A stretch of 64,000 nucleotides of DNA from Escherichia coli. GTDB lineage: Bacteria > Pseudomonadota > Gammaproteobacteria > Enterobacterales > Enterobacteriaceae. Position 1 is the first letter of the stretch; each line of letters opens with the position of its first letter. The position numbers and the translations under genes are program-made. This document shows, one piece after another, positions 1 to 12,031 of the stretch. The stretch lies in the NCBI RefSeq assembly GCF_041248615.1, contig NZ_CP158426.1; one strand, written 5' to 3'. Below the pieces are notes generated by a model. It was given only the letters and a program-made list of their open reading frames with translations, was not told the origin of the DNA and ran no database searches.

Positions 1-381
1 AAAAACTATCGCGTTAAATTTGAAGCGGTTCCCAGTATTGATGACGCTGCCACGGATAAAAAAGATCTCTCTATGCAGTTAACCGTTAATTTAATTTGGG
101 GGATTGTTGTTAGTGTTCCACCTCAGCAACCCATTGCCAGGTTAGAAGTAAACCCTGCCAAAAAATTATTAAATGCTGGGAATCAGCGTTTGAAAATTTT
201 AACGATCGCTTATTGTAAAAATAATAGCAAAGATAATTGTAAGATACAGACCGTAAATAAAAACATCTTCCCTGGTCAGGAAAGAAATCTGGAAAGTATA
301 TCTGGCTACGACAAAATCGTTGTCAAATATAATAACTGGATCACCAAAGATAATGGCGAGTTTGAACTGGCGGTCCATTAA
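1..381 (+). CDS. partial CDS (5' end outside window): C-terminal part of a putative fimbrial chaperone of a class 5 pilus operon
   Basis: Frame 1 is open from base 1 to the stop at 379-381; sits directly upstream of and co-directional with pilin, usher and adhesin genes. Chaperone role is inferred from operon position only. Confidence 0.35.
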   Translation, partial: KNYRVKFEAVPSIDDAATDKKDLSMQLTVNLIWGIVVSVPPQQPIARLEVNPAKKLLNAGNQRLKILTIAYCKNNSKDNCKIQTVNKNIFPGQERNLESISGYDKIVVKYNNWITKDNGEFELAVH

Positions 382-410
382 TTATCATTGTAATAAACGA
401 AGGAATAGTA

Positions 411-911
411 ATGAAAAAGGTATTTGCAAAATCTCTTCTGGTTGCCGCGATGTTGTCTGTTGCTGGCTCTGCGTTAGCAGTACAAAAAGATATCACTGTA
501 ACGGCTAACGTTGATGCCGCTCTGGATATGACACAGACCGATAACACCGCACTGCCAAAAGCAGTCGAAATGCAATATCTGCCGGGTCAGGGTCTGCAAT
601 CTTACCAGTTAATGACCAAAATCTGGTCTAACGATGTTACCAAAGATGTAAAAATGCAGTTAGTTTCCCCGGCGCAACTGGTTCAAAGCCTGGATGCTAC
701 CAAGATTGTTCCGCTGACAATAACCTGGGGTGGCGAAGAAATTAAAGCTGATGCGGCAACCACGTTTACCGCAACCAAAATCTTTGCTTCCGATGCGTTA
801 ACTAACGGTTCTCTGGCTAAAAATCTGATGTTTGCGCAAACCACCAAAGGTGTTCTGGAAACAGGTATCTACCGTGGCGTAGTAAGCATTTATCTGTCCC
901 AGGATATCTAA
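411..911 (+). CDS. fimbrial major subunit (pilin), class 5 / CFA-I CS1-like
   Basis: 166 aa; N-terminal signal peptide ending ALA-VQKDITVTANVD resembles the mature N-terminus of CfaB/CooA-type pilins; AAGGA ribosome-binding site upstream; first full gene of a pilin-usher-adhesin set. Confidence 0.6.
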   Translation: MKKVFAKSLLVAAMLSVAGSALAVQKDITVTANVDAALDMTQTDNTALPKAVEMQYLPGQGLQSYQLMTKIWSNDVTKDVKMQLVSPAQLVQSLDATKIVPLTITWGGEEIKADAATTFTATKIFASDALTNGSLAKNLMFAQTTKGVLETGIYRGVVSIYLSQDI

Positions 912-1001
912 TCCGGATAACAGAATTAACACGTAACAAAGGGGGGCTAGTCCTCCCTTATTTTAATTGTTTTAGTATTTGTTATGGATTTCAGGGTTGC
1001 C

Positions 1002-3686
1002 ATGGATAAAAAATTACTGGCTCTTTTGATCCTGGCGAGTCTCAGCCCGGCAAAGGCGACATTAACCAAAATTCCCGCTGGGTTTGAGGTTATTGCTCAG
1101 GGACAGCAGGAGTATATCGAGGTTTATTTCGCAGGGAAAAGTCTCGGTAAATATTATGCAATGGTTAATCTTGACACCGTAACATTTCTTGATTCAACAA
1201 GTTTATATAGCAAGCTGGAACTGGATGCGGACGACCAGAAAATATCGCGTATAGTAAAAGAAAAATTATCGCAACCGTTAGCCCGCCACGGCGAATTAGC
1301 ATGTGGTTTTGTTCGTACTGACTCAGGGTGTGGCTTTCTTAATACCGATACAGTGGAAATAATTTTCAACGATGAAGAGAGTTCGGCAACGTTATTTCTT
1401 AATCCGCAATGGAGTTCTGCTTTCGACGCGAAGTCATTATATTTAAATCCGGACAAAAATACGGTTAATGCCTTTATACATCAGCAAGACATCAATGTCC
1501 TGGCACAAGATGATTACCAGTCGTTGTCTGTTCAGGGTAACGGTGCGCTGGGAATAACAGAAAATAGCTATATTGGCGCACATTGGAATTTCAATGGTTA
1601 TGATGCAGATGATGTCAGTGACAGTAATGCTGATGTCAGCGATCTCTATTATCGTTATGATTTTTTACGTCGTTATTATGTGCAGGCGGGGCGCATGGAC
1701 AACCGCACGCTATTTAATGCACAAGGCGGGAACTTTACCTTTAACTTTCTGCCACTCGGTGCAATCGATGGGATGCGTATCGGGTCGACACTTAGCTATT
1801 TAAACCAGGCGCAAAGCCAGCAAGGGACGCCAGTAATGGTCCTGCTTTCGCGTAATTCTCGCGTTGACGCTTATCGTAATGAACAGCTACTGGGATCGTT
1901 TTATCTCAATAGTGGTTCGCAATTTATTGATACCAGTTCCTTTCCGCCAGGCAGCTACAGCGTGGCATTAAAAGTCTACGAAAATAACCAACTTACCCGC
2001 ACCGAGCTTGTGCCGTTTACCAAAACAGGCGGTCTGACAGATGGAAATGTGCAATGGTTTTTACAGGCAGGTAAAACCACATCACAGGTTTCTGATGATG
2101 AAAGCTCAGCTTATCAACTAGGGGTACGCCTGCCACTACACCCGCAATATGAGCTCTATGCAGGCCTGGCGAATGCCGATGATGTGAATTCATTCGAACT
2201 CGGTAATAACTGGACGTCGAGTTTAGGCGGGGCGGGGAATCTTGCTATAAGCGCCAGCCTGTTCCGTAATGATGACGGCGGCAAAGGTGATATGCAGCAG
2301 GCAAACTGGAGCAATCCGGGATGGCCGACGTTGGGCTTTTATCGGACCAACTCTGACGGCGATGCTTGTACAACCGACAGCAGAGAGAGCTACAACGCCT
2401 TAAGCTGTTATGAAAGCATTTCCGCGACGGTTTCACAGAATCTTGTTGGCTGGAATATGATGTTGGGTTATACCCGCACACAAAATAACACCGATGATAG
2501 TCTGCGTTGGGATAAACAGCAGAGCTTTGAAAATAACTATCTTCGCCAGACAACAGCGCAAAGTATCTCTGAAACTGTACAACTTAGTGCTTCCCGCGCT
2601 TTTGTGATGCGTGACTGGATTTTGAGTACTTCTGTTGGTGTTTTCCATCGTAATGACAACGGTGGTGATAATGACGACAACGGCTTGTACTTGTCGTTTT
2701 CGTTATCTGACACGCCAACGATGGACAGCAATAACAACAGCCATTCAACCAATGTTTCTACGGATTATCGTTATAGCGATCAGGATGGTGATCAAACGTC
2801 ATGGCAGTTATCGCATACCTTTTATAACGATTCATTCAGCCATAAAGAGCTTGGCGTAACCGTCGGTGGTCTGAACACAGATACCATAAACAGCGCGGTT
2901 AACGGGCGTTGGGATGGTCAGTACGGAAATGTCTACGCTACCGTGTCTGACAGTTATGATCGTAAGAATCATGATCATCTCTCGGCCTTTACAGGTACTT
3001 ACAGCTCCACGCTGGCAGTCAGTCGCTATGGCGTTAATTTGGGGGCCAGCGGTACAGAAGATTTGCTGGGGGCGGTGTTGGTAGATGTGAAAGGATTCTC
3101 TGAACAGGATGAGGAGAGTCAGGATCTGCAACTCGAAGCGCGGGTAGCAGGCAGCAGAACATTGCAACTTGGTCAAAGCGACAGTGTGTTGTTCCCTTAT
3201 CCTGGATTTCAGTCTGGTTTTGTTGAGGTCAACGACAGTAGCCAGGGCAACCAGCAAGGCACAACAAACATCATTAACGGTGCAGGGAATCGTGAATTAA
3301 TGTTGTTGCCTGGCAAGCTGCGCTATCGCGAAGTGTCAGCCAGCTTTAATTACAACTATATCGGTCGCTTGTTATTGCCAGCATCGGTAGAGAAATTCCC
3401 GCTGGTTGGTCTGAACAGCGCCATGTTACTGGTCGCTGAAGATGGCGGATTTACACTTGAAATTAACGGTAGCGAAAAAGAGCTATATCTCCTGTCGGGG
3501 CAGCAATTCCTTAAGTGTCCGCTTAGTGTTGTGAAGAAACGCGCCAGCATTCGTTACAGCGGGGATGTGAATTGTAGTGTCGTGAGTTATTCGCAATTAC
3601 CGGAGTCCATTCAGGTTCAGGCGCAGTTAAAACAGCCTAAATTACGTGGAAACGTTCAGACGGCGCAAAGGGAGGTTGCACCATGA
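1002..3686 (+). CDS. fimbrial outer-membrane usher (CfaC/CooC-like)
   Basis: About 895 aa with signal peptide (MDKKLLALLILASLSPAKA); size and position match class 5 ushers. Start moved to the ATG at 1002 (AGGG 5 nt upstream) rather than the ORF-track ATG at 984. Confidence 0.6.
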   Translation: MDKKLLALLILASLSPAKATLTKIPAGFEVIAQGQQEYIEVYFAGKSLGKYYAMVNLDTVTFLDSTSLYSKLELDADDQKISRIVKEKLSQPLARHGELACGFVRTDSGCGFLNTDTVEIIFNDEESSATLFLNPQWSSAFDAKSLYLNPDKNTVNAFIHQQDINVLAQDDYQSLSVQGNGALGITENSYIGAHWNFNGYDADDVSDSNADVSDLYYRYDFLRRYYVQAGRMDNRTLFNAQGGNFTFNFLPLGAIDGMRIGSTLSYLNQAQSQQGTPVMVLLSRNSRVDAYRNEQLLGSFYLNSGSQFIDTSSFPPGSYSVALKVYENNQLTRTELVPFTKTGGLTDGNVQWFLQAGKTTSQVSDDESSAYQLGVRLPLHPQYELYAGLANADDVNSFELGNNWTSSLGGAGNLAISASLFRNDDGGKGDMQQANWSNPGWPTLGFYRTNSDGDACTTDSRESYNALSCYESISATVSQNLVGWNMMLGYTRTQNNTDDSLRWDKQQSFENNYLRQTTAQSISETVQLSASRAFVMRDWILSTSVGVFHRNDNGGDNDDNGLYLSFSLSDTPTMDSNNNSHSTNVSTDYRYSDQDGDQTSWQLSHTFYNDSFSHKELGVTVGGLNTDTINSAVNGRWDGQYGNVYATVSDSYDRKNHDHLSAFTGTYSSTLAVSRYGVNLGASGTEDLLGAVLVDVKGFSEQDEESQDLQLEARVAGSRTLQLGQSDSVLFPYPGFQSGFVEVNDSSQGNQQGTTNIINGAGNRELMLLPGKLRYREVSASFNYNYIGRLLLPASVEKFPLVGLNSAMLLVAEDGGFTLEINGSEKELYLLSGQQFLKCPLSVVKKRASIRYSGDVNCSVVSYSQLPESIQVQAQLKQPKLRGNVQTAQREVAP

Positions 3687-4762
3687 GAAATCGATTGATT
3701 GCCGTGATTTTATGTCTATTTGGCATGGTTGCAGGTGTTCAGGCAGCGCCCAATGTAACAGCTGAAATTACTTATGATTTGGCTGTAGGTAGGGCGGATT
3801 ATTACTTCTGGAATAGAGAAGATCCACCCGGAGTAAATACGTATATGTGGTATCAATGCGCTTATAACAATTTACAGCAGACATGTACTAACTCTGGCAA
3901 TGTAACGACAGTACAAATTTATATGACAGAGCAACGAAGCGGGATGCGTTGGCCAGTCAAGCTTAAGGGATATCAAACGGTTTTAACTTCAGCTTCTGGC
4001 TCTGGTAATTGTACTGGGTATAACAGACAACGCCCCTTAAATGACAGTGGCGGACGTTCTTGTCAGGATGAAACTGGTTGGCATGATGCCAACAGGAAAC
4101 AGCTCACACTCTACATCGAACAGGCGGAAATGAAAAAGTTGCCAATTGGTGGCGTGTGGAAAGGGTCGGTATTCTTACATTTAAATAGCCCATCACAGGA
4201 CTATACCGCAGATATCACCCTGAACACTCTCGATCCGAACCATATCGATGTGTTCTTCCCGGAGTTCGCCCACGCTACGCCACGAGTGCAGTTAGACTTG
4301 CATCCAACAGGAAGCGTTAACGGCAGCAACTACGCGCAAGATCTGACCATGTTGGACATGTGTCTGTACGATGGCTTTAACGGTAATGCTATCAGTTATG
4401 AAATCATGCTCAAAGATGAAGGACGACCCGCCGCAGGGCGCAGAGACGGTTACTTCTCTATCTATCGTCAGGGAGGAACCACCACTGACGAGGGAGAACG
4501 CATTGATTACCGTGTCAAAATGTACAACCCGGAAACCGGTGGGCAAATTGATGTGCGCAATAATGAAAATATGGTCTGGACCAGCATTAATCTGAAACGT
4601 GTGCGTCCGGTCGTGTTGCCAGGCATTCGTTACGCTGTGATGTGTGTACCTACACCTTTGACTCTGGCAGTCGATAAATTCAGCGTGATGGACAAACAGG
4701 CGGGATATTATATGGGTAAATTGTCGGTCATCTTTACCCCGTCATTGCCGACAATCAATTGA
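3683..4762 (+). CDS. fimbrial minor subunit / tip adhesin (CfaE/CooD-like)
   Basis: 359 aa with signal peptide; start overlaps usher stop by 4 bp (ATGA), indicating translational coupling; size matches class 5 tip adhesins (about 360 aa). Confidence 0.5.
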   Translation: MRNRLIAVILCLFGMVAGVQAAPNVTAEITYDLAVGRADYYFWNREDPPGVNTYMWYQCAYNNLQQTCTNSGNVTTVQIYMTEQRSGMRWPVKLKGYQTVLTSASGSGNCTGYNRQRPLNDSGGRSCQDETGWHDANRKQLTLYIEQAEMKKLPIGGVWKGSVFLHLNSPSQDYTADITLNTLDPNHIDVFFPEFAHATPRVQLDLHPTGSVNGSNYAQDLTMLDMCLYDGFNGNAISYEIMLKDEGRPAAGRRDGYFSIYRQGGTTTDEGERIDYRVKMYNPETGGQIDVRNNENMVWTSINLKRVRPVVLPGIRYAVMCVPTPLTLAVDKFSVMDKQAGYYMGKLSVIFTPSLPTIN

Positions 4763-4786
4763 CCTCGCAGACCAGAAAAAACCAAA

Positions 4787-4818
4787 CAACGAAGCCGCCT
4801 GAACAGGCGGCTTCGTCA
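4787..4818. terminator. hairpin terminator between convergent fimbrial adhesin gene and exuT
   Basis: Inverted repeat ACGAAGCCGCCTG-AACA-GGCGGCTTCGT with an A-run on the plus strand (T-run on the minus strand, so best fitted as the exuT terminator). Confidence 0.6.
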
Positions 4819-4837
4819 TTACAACTTACGTTAAGCG

Positions 4838-6136
4838 TTAATGTTGCGGTGCGGGATCGTTATGTGTTTCCTGCGCCACCTCAATCGCTGGTTTGTTCTG
4901 CAACACGGTCCAGATAACCAGCGCACCCAGCAGGTCAAATACTGCCAGAACTGCGAACAGCGGGCTGAAGCCGATGGTGTCAGCCAGTGCACCGACAACC
5001 AGCGCAAACAGCGTACTTGCCAGCCATGCGGACATCCCGGTTAAACCGTTTGCCGTTGCCACTTCGTTACGACCAAACACGTCAGAAGAGAGCGTAATCA
5101 GCGCGCCAGACAGTGCCTGGTGAGCAAAACCACCGATACACAGCAGCATAATCGCGACATACGGGTTGGTGAACAGACCGATCATACCCGGGCCAATCAT
5201 CAGCACAGCACCCAGCGTTACGACCATCTTACGGGAAACGATCAGGTTCACACCAAACCAACGCTGGAACAGCGGCGGCAGGTAACCACCGAGGATACAA
5301 CCGAGGTCAGCAAACAGCATCGGCATCCAGGCAAACATCGCGATCTCTTTCAGGTTAAAGCCGTAAACTTTAAACATGAACAGCGGGATCCACGCGTTAA
5401 AAGTACCCCATGCCGGTTCTGCCAGGAAGCGCGGCAGCGCGATACCCCAGAACTGACGGTTACGCAGGATCTGACCAACGGACATTTTCTTCGCTGTGTC
5501 AACCTGGTGCTGGGCTTCCTGACCATTAATAATGTAGTCGCGTTCTTCATCGGTCAGATGCTTCTGGTCGCGCGGATGTTTATAGAAAATCAGCCATGCC
5601 ATCGCCCAGATAAAGCTCAATGCACCGGAGATGATAAATGCCATCTGCCAGCTGTGCATTACGATTGCCCATACCACCAGCGGCGGTGCAATCATCGCAC
5701 CAATCGAAGAACCTACGTTAAAGTAACCTACCGCGATGGAACGCTCTTTCGCCGGGAACCATTCGGAGCTGGCTTTCAGACCCGCCGGGATCATCGCTGC
5801 TTCCGCGGCACCGACCGCACCACGAGCAACAGCCAGGCCGCCCCAGCTACCTGCCAGCGCGGTTGCACCACAGAACACGGCCCACAGCACAGCAAACATT
5901 GCATAACCGATTTTCGTACCCAGCACATCCAGTACATAACCTGCTACCGGTTGCATGACCGTATAAGCAGCAGAATAGGCTGCGATGATATAGGAATACT
6001 GTTGGGTGGAGATGTTTAACTCTTCCATCAGAGTTGGCGCAGCTGCCGCCACAGTGTTACGCGTCAGGTAACCAAGCACGGTGCCGAGCGTCACCAGTGC
6101 GATCATATACCAACGTAACCCTTTAATTTTACGCAT
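4838..6136 (-). CDS. exuT: hexuronate transporter (MFS)
   Basis: ORF-track protein matches ExuT throughout; start trimmed to MRKIKGLRWYM (ATG at 6134-6136) for the 432-aa K-12-type product. The 472-aa upstream ATG at 6256 is an alternative. Confidence 0.9.
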   Translation of the reverse strand: MRKIKGLRWYMIALVTLGTVLGYLTRNTVAAAAPTLMEELNISTQQYSYIIAAYSAAYTVMQPVAGYVLDVLGTKIGYAMFAVLWAVFCGATALAGSWGGLAVARGAVGAAEAAMIPAGLKASSEWFPAKERSIAVGYFNVGSSIGAMIAPPLVVWAIVMHSWQMAFIISGALSFIWAMAWLIFYKHPRDQKHLTDEERDYIINGQEAQHQVDTAKKMSVGQILRNRQFWGIALPRFLAEPAWGTFNAWIPLFMFKVYGFNLKEIAMFAWMPMLFADLGCILGGYLPPLFQRWFGVNLIVSRKMVVTLGAVLMIGPGMIGLFTNPYVAIMLLCIGGFAHQALSGALITLSSDVFGRNEVATANGLTGMSAWLASTLFALVVGALADTIGFSPLFAVLAVFDLLGALVIWTVLQNKPAIEVAQETHNDPAPQH

Positions 6137-8031
<1,895 letters not shown>

Positions 8032-8045
8032 GGTCTGGGGTTGAT

Positions 8046-9533
8046 ATGCAATACATCAAGATCCATGCGCTGGATAACGTCGCGGTCGCTTTAGCGGATT
8101 TGGCTGAAGGCACAGAAGTCAGTGTCGATAACCAGACTGTTACGCTGCGCCAGGATGTTGCTCGTGGACATAAATTTGCGTTAACGGATATCGCAAAAGG
8201 GGCCAACGTCATCAAATATGGCCTGCCGATTGGTTATGCATTGGCGGATATTGCGGCGGGGGAACACGTCCACGCCCACAATACGCGCACGAATCTGAGC
8301 GATCTGGATCAGTATCGCTATCAACCTGATTTTCAGGATCTGCCTGCGCAAGCGGCAGATCGTGAAGTGCAGATCTATCGTCGCGCTAACGGCGATGTCG
8401 GGGTGCGCAATGAGCTGTGGATCCTGCCAACCGTGGGCTGTGTTAACGGCATCGCGCGGCAGATCCAGAACCGTTTCCTGAAAGAGACCAACAACGCCGA
8501 AGGTACTGACGGCGTGTTCCTCTTCAGCCACACCTACGGCTGCTCGCAGCTGGGCGACGATCACATCAATACCCGCACCATGCTGCAAAATATGGTGCGC
8601 CACCCGAACGCGGGCGCAGTGCTGGTGATTGGCCTGGGTTGTGAAAACAACCAGGTTGCCGCATTCCGTGAAACGCTGGGCGATATCGATCCTGAACGCG
8701 TTCATTTCATGATCTGCCAACAGCAGGATGATGAGATCGAAGCCGGGATCGAGCATTTGCATCAGCTGTATAGCGTGATGCGCAACGATAAACGCGAACC
8801 GGGCAAACTCAGCGAACTGAAGTTTGGTCTGGAGTGTGGTGGTTCTGACGGTCTTTCTGGTATTACTGCTAACCCGATGCTGGGGCGTTTCTCTGACTAC
8901 GTGATTGCTAACGGCGGTACTACCGTACTGACCGAAGTGCCGGAGATGTTTGGCGCAGAGCAGTTGCTGATGGACCATTGCCGCGACGAAGCAACGTTTG
9001 AAAAACTGGTCACCATGGTCAATGACTTCAAGCAGTACTTTATTGCCCATGACCAGCCGATCTATGAAAACCCATCGCCGGGGAACAAAGCGGGCGGTAT
9101 CACCACGCTGGAAGACAAATCACTTGGCTGTACCCAGAAAGCGGGTTCCAGCGTCGTGGTTGACGTGCTGCGTTACGGTGAGCGTCTGAAAACACCGGGG
9201 CTGAACTTGTTAAGTGCGCCGGGTAACGATGCCGTAGCGACCAGCGCCCTGGCGGGTGCGGGCTGCCATATGGTGCTGTTCAGTACTGGTCGTGGCACGC
9301 CGTATGGTGGATTTGTGCCGACGGTGAAAATCGCCACCAACAGTGAACTGGCGGCGAAGAAAAAACACTGGATCGACTTTGACGCGGGTCAGCTGATCCA
9401 CGGTAAAGCGATGCCGCAGTTGCTGGAAGAATTTATCGATACCATCGTTGAGTTTGCCAATGGTAAACAAACCTGCAACGAGCGTAACGACTTCCGCGAA
9501 CTGGCGATCTTCAAAAGCGGCGTAACGCTATAA
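8046..9533 (+). CDS. uxaA: altronate dehydratase
   Basis: 495 aa, MQYIKIHALDNVAVALADL; follows uxaC by 14 bp in the uxaCA operon arrangement. Confidence 0.92.
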   Translation: MQYIKIHALDNVAVALADLAEGTEVSVDNQTVTLRQDVARGHKFALTDIAKGANVIKYGLPIGYALADIAAGEHVHAHNTRTNLSDLDQYRYQPDFQDLPAQAADREVQIYRRANGDVGVRNELWILPTVGCVNGIARQIQNRFLKETNNAEGTDGVFLFSHTYGCSQLGDDHINTRTMLQNMVRHPNAGAVLVIGLGCENNQVAAFRETLGDIDPERVHFMICQQQDDEIEAGIEHLHQLYSVMRNDKREPGKLSELKFGLECGGSDGLSGITANPMLGRFSDYVIANGGTTVLTEVPEMFGAEQLLMDHCRDEATFEKLVTMVNDFKQYFIAHDQPIYENPSPGNKAGGITTLEDKSLGCTQKAGSSVVVDVLRYGERLKTPGLNLLSAPGNDAVATSALAGAGCHMVLFSTGRGTPYGGFVPTVKIATNSELAAKKKHWIDFDAGQLIHGKAMPQLLEEFIDTIVEFANGKQTCNERNDFRELAIFKSGVTL

Positions 9534-9555
9534 AGTCGAAATGAGTTGTTAATAA

Positions 9556-9595
9556 AAAACGGCGTTTCATAATGTGAAGCGCCGTTTGCTTTTCC
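9556..9595 (+). terminator. rho-independent terminator after uxaA
   Basis: Hairpin AACGGCGTTTCA-TAATG-TGAAGCGCCGTT followed by a T-run. Confidence 0.6.
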
Positions 9596-9615
9596 ATACC
9601 TGCTAAGGATTTATC

Positions 9616-10167
9616 ATGACCGCGTATTGGCTGGCCCAGGGCGTGGGTGTCATCGCCTTTCTGATCGGTATCACAACATTTTTCAATCGTGACGAACGTC
9701 GCTTCAAAAAGCAGCTTTCGGTCTATAGCGCCGTTATTGGCGTACATTTTTTTCTTCTGGGCACCTATCCCGCTGGTGCCAGTGCCATCCTTAATGCCAT
9801 TCGTACGCTGATTACTTTACGCACGCGCAGCTTATGGGTAATGGCGATTTTTATTGTGCTGACTGGCGGAATTGGCCTCGCGAAGTTCCATCATCCTGTC
9901 GAACTACTGCCGGTAATCGGCACGATTGTCAGTACCTGGGCGCTGTTCCGCTGTAAAGGGCTGACCATGCGCTGCGTAATGTGGTTTTCAACGTGTTGCT
10001 GGGTGATTCACAACTTCTGGGCGGGGTCGATAGGCGGCACGATGATTGAGGGGAGTTTTCTGCTGATGAATGGTCTGAATATCATTCGTTTCTGGCGGAT
10101 GCAGAAAAGGGGAATTGATCCGTTTAAAGTAGAGAAAACCCCTTCCGCCGTAGACGAAAGGGGTTAA
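9616..10167 (+). CDS. ygjV: inner-membrane protein YgjV
   Basis: 183 aa, hydrophobic multi-span protein; position between uxaA and sstT as in K-12. Confidence 0.85.
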   Translation: MTAYWLAQGVGVIAFLIGITTFFNRDERRFKKQLSVYSAVIGVHFFLLGTYPAGASAILNAIRTLITLRTRSLWVMAIFIVLTGGIGLAKFHHPVELLPVIGTIVSTWALFRCKGLTMRCVMWFSTCCWVIHNFWAGSIGGTMIEGSFLLMNGLNIIRFWRMQKRGIDPFKVEKTPSAVDERG

Positions 10168-10171
10168 ACAA

Positions 10172-11416
10172 TTAATTACGCAGGGCGCTATTTGCCAGAC
10201 GATCGTCTTCTGCCTGGCAAGCTGCCGCAGTGAACAGCACGTCAGTTGAAGAGTTCAGCGCGGTTTCGCAAGAGTCCTGCAATACGCCGATGATAAAGCC
10301 GACGGCAACCACCTGCATGGCGATATCGTTCGAAATACCGAACATATTACAGGCCAGTGGGATCAGCAGCAGAGAACCCCCCGCCACGCCGGATGCGCCA
10401 CAGGCACACAGAGAAGCCACTACGCTCAACAGCAGCGCTGTGGGCAGATCGACCGGAATACCCAGCGTATTAACCGCAGCCAGCGTCAACACGGTAATGG
10501 TGATTGCTGCGCCCGCCATATTGATGGTGGCACCCAGCGGAATAGAAACGGAATAGGTATCGCGATCCAGATTCAGCTTTTCACAAAGCGCCATATTCAC
10601 CGGAATGTTCGCCGCAGAGCTGCGGGTGAAGAAGGCGTACACGCCGCTTTCGCGCAGGCACAGCAGCACCAGCGGGAACGGGTTACGACGAATTTTCCAC
10701 CACACCAGCAAGGGGTTAACCACCAGCGCCACCAGCAGCATACAGCCAACCAGCACGACCAGCAGTTGCGCGTAGCCCCACAGTGTGGAGAAACCGGTGG
10801 TTGCCAGGGTAGAAGAAACCAGACCAAAAATACCGATCGGTGCGAAGCGAATGACCAGTTTCACCATAAAGGTGACGGCATTCGACATATCGTTGACCAG
10901 GTTTTTGGTTGTCTCGTTACCGTGACGCAGTGCGAAACCGAGGCCAATTGCCCACACCAGGATCCCGATGTAGTTACCTTTCAGCAGCGCGTCGATGGGG
11001 TTGGAAACCATGCTCATTACCAGCCCGCGCATCACTTCGACAATGCCTGACGGCGGCGAAATATCACCCGCGCTACTGGACAAGTGCAGGGTAGAAGGGA
11101 AGGCAAAGCTGAAGACTACTGCGGCCAGAGCAGCAGAGAAGGTACCCAGCAGATAGAGGAACAAAATAGGGCGGATATTGGTTTTCTGCCCGTGCTGGTG
11201 GTTAGCAATAGATGCCATTACCAGCATCAACACCAGGATGGGGGCAACGGCTTTCAGTGCGCCGACGAACAAAGTACCTAACAGACCAACAGCTTCCGCC
11301 GCGGGTTTTGAGATCCATGCCAGAAGAATCCCCAGAACAAGGCCGACCAGGATTTGTTTTACCAGGCTGCCATGAGCCAGACGCCGGAATAGCCCCGGTG
11401 AACGTTGCGTAGTCAT
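10172..11416 (-). CDS. sstT: serine/threonine:Na+ symporter
   Basis: 414 aa, [21 protein letters not shown]; DAACS-family transporter. Confidence 0.92.
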   Translation of the reverse strand: MTTQRSPGLFRRLAHGSLVKQILVGLVLGILLAWISKPAAEAVGLLGTLFVGALKAVAPILVLMLVMASIANHQHGQKTNIRPILFLYLLGTFSAALAAVVFSFAFPSTLHLSSSAGDISPPSGIVEVMRGLVMSMVSNPIDALLKGNYIGILVWAIGLGFALRHGNETTKNLVNDMSNAVTFMVKLVIRFAPIGIFGLVSSTLATTGFSTLWGYAQLLVVLVGCMLLVALVVNPLLVWWKIRRNPFPLVLLCLRESGVYAFFTRSSAANIPVNMALCEKLNLDRDTYSVSIPLGATINMAGAAITITVLTLAAVNTLGIPVDLPTALLLSVVASLCACGASGVAGGSLLLIPLACNMFGISNDIAMQVVAVGFIIGVLQDSCETALNSSTDVLFTAAACQAEDDRLANSALRN

Positions 11417-11689
11417 TTTTCGATCCTTTCATTGTGTTGTCGCACATCCCTGGTGCGTTCTGTCGACGCGTCTTTCAGGATGTAACAAAGTGTTTGCAAG
11501 GTCGAGTATAAGGAAAGTTACAGCTTCGGAAAGCGAAAAATGCTGGATTTTAAAGAGAGGTCATATTTTGCAACTTAATGGTTACATTTATTTGACATAA
11601 ACAGAGGGAAGGACTGGCTACTAAGGCTGATTAGATAACATATGGGCAAAACTATTTGGAATATGAGAACGGTTGCGCTCTTTTAATGT

Positions 11690-11935
11690 GCTATGCCATA
11701 TAAAGTCACTGGCGCAGGGAGCGCGCAGGGGGCGGCCAATCGCCGCCGCCCCCTGCACCCCCAGGCTCTGGCGAACAAAATCGCCGCTGCGCGGTTCCCT
11801 CAGCTTATCCCTTGCGGCTACCGGGTCGGGCGCAAGGGAACGTCCCTGTAAGATGCCCCCTCGCCGCGCATCCATGCGCGTCGCCCCGGCCTCCAGGGAA
11901 CGCTTCGGCGATTTTGACGCCACCAACACCCGTGC
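11690..11935. repeat. GC-rich palindromic intergenic repeat region (box-type repeat; family not assigned)
   Basis: Nested inverted repeats such as GCGCAGGGGGCGGCC...GCCGCCCCCTGCACCC and TCCCTTGCGGCT...GGCGCAAGGGA in an intergenic gap; overlapping ORFs on both strands are treated as artefacts. Confidence 0.35.
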
Positions 11936-12031
11936 GGTCTTTTTGTAAAGAGCTATAAGCCGATTACATAATTAATAGCTCACCTTTGTCTGGAATGAGT
12001 TATCTCTAGGAATGGCTTAATATACAGCGAA

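Noticed and set aside
5120-6019. 299-codon plus-strand ORF inside exuT
   Set aside because: Antisense to a well-supported transporter gene; His/Arg/Thr-rich low-complexity translation typical of antisense frames in GC-rich genes.
8181-9050. 289-codon minus-strand ORF inside uxaA
   Set aside because: Antisense shadow ORF within altronate dehydratase gene.
11621-11948. Overlapping ORFs (102 and 91 codons) in the sstT-alx intergenic region
   Set aside because: They sit on opposite strands over the same GC-rich palindromic repeat block; Arg/Ala/Pro-rich translations; interpreted as repeat-induced artefacts.
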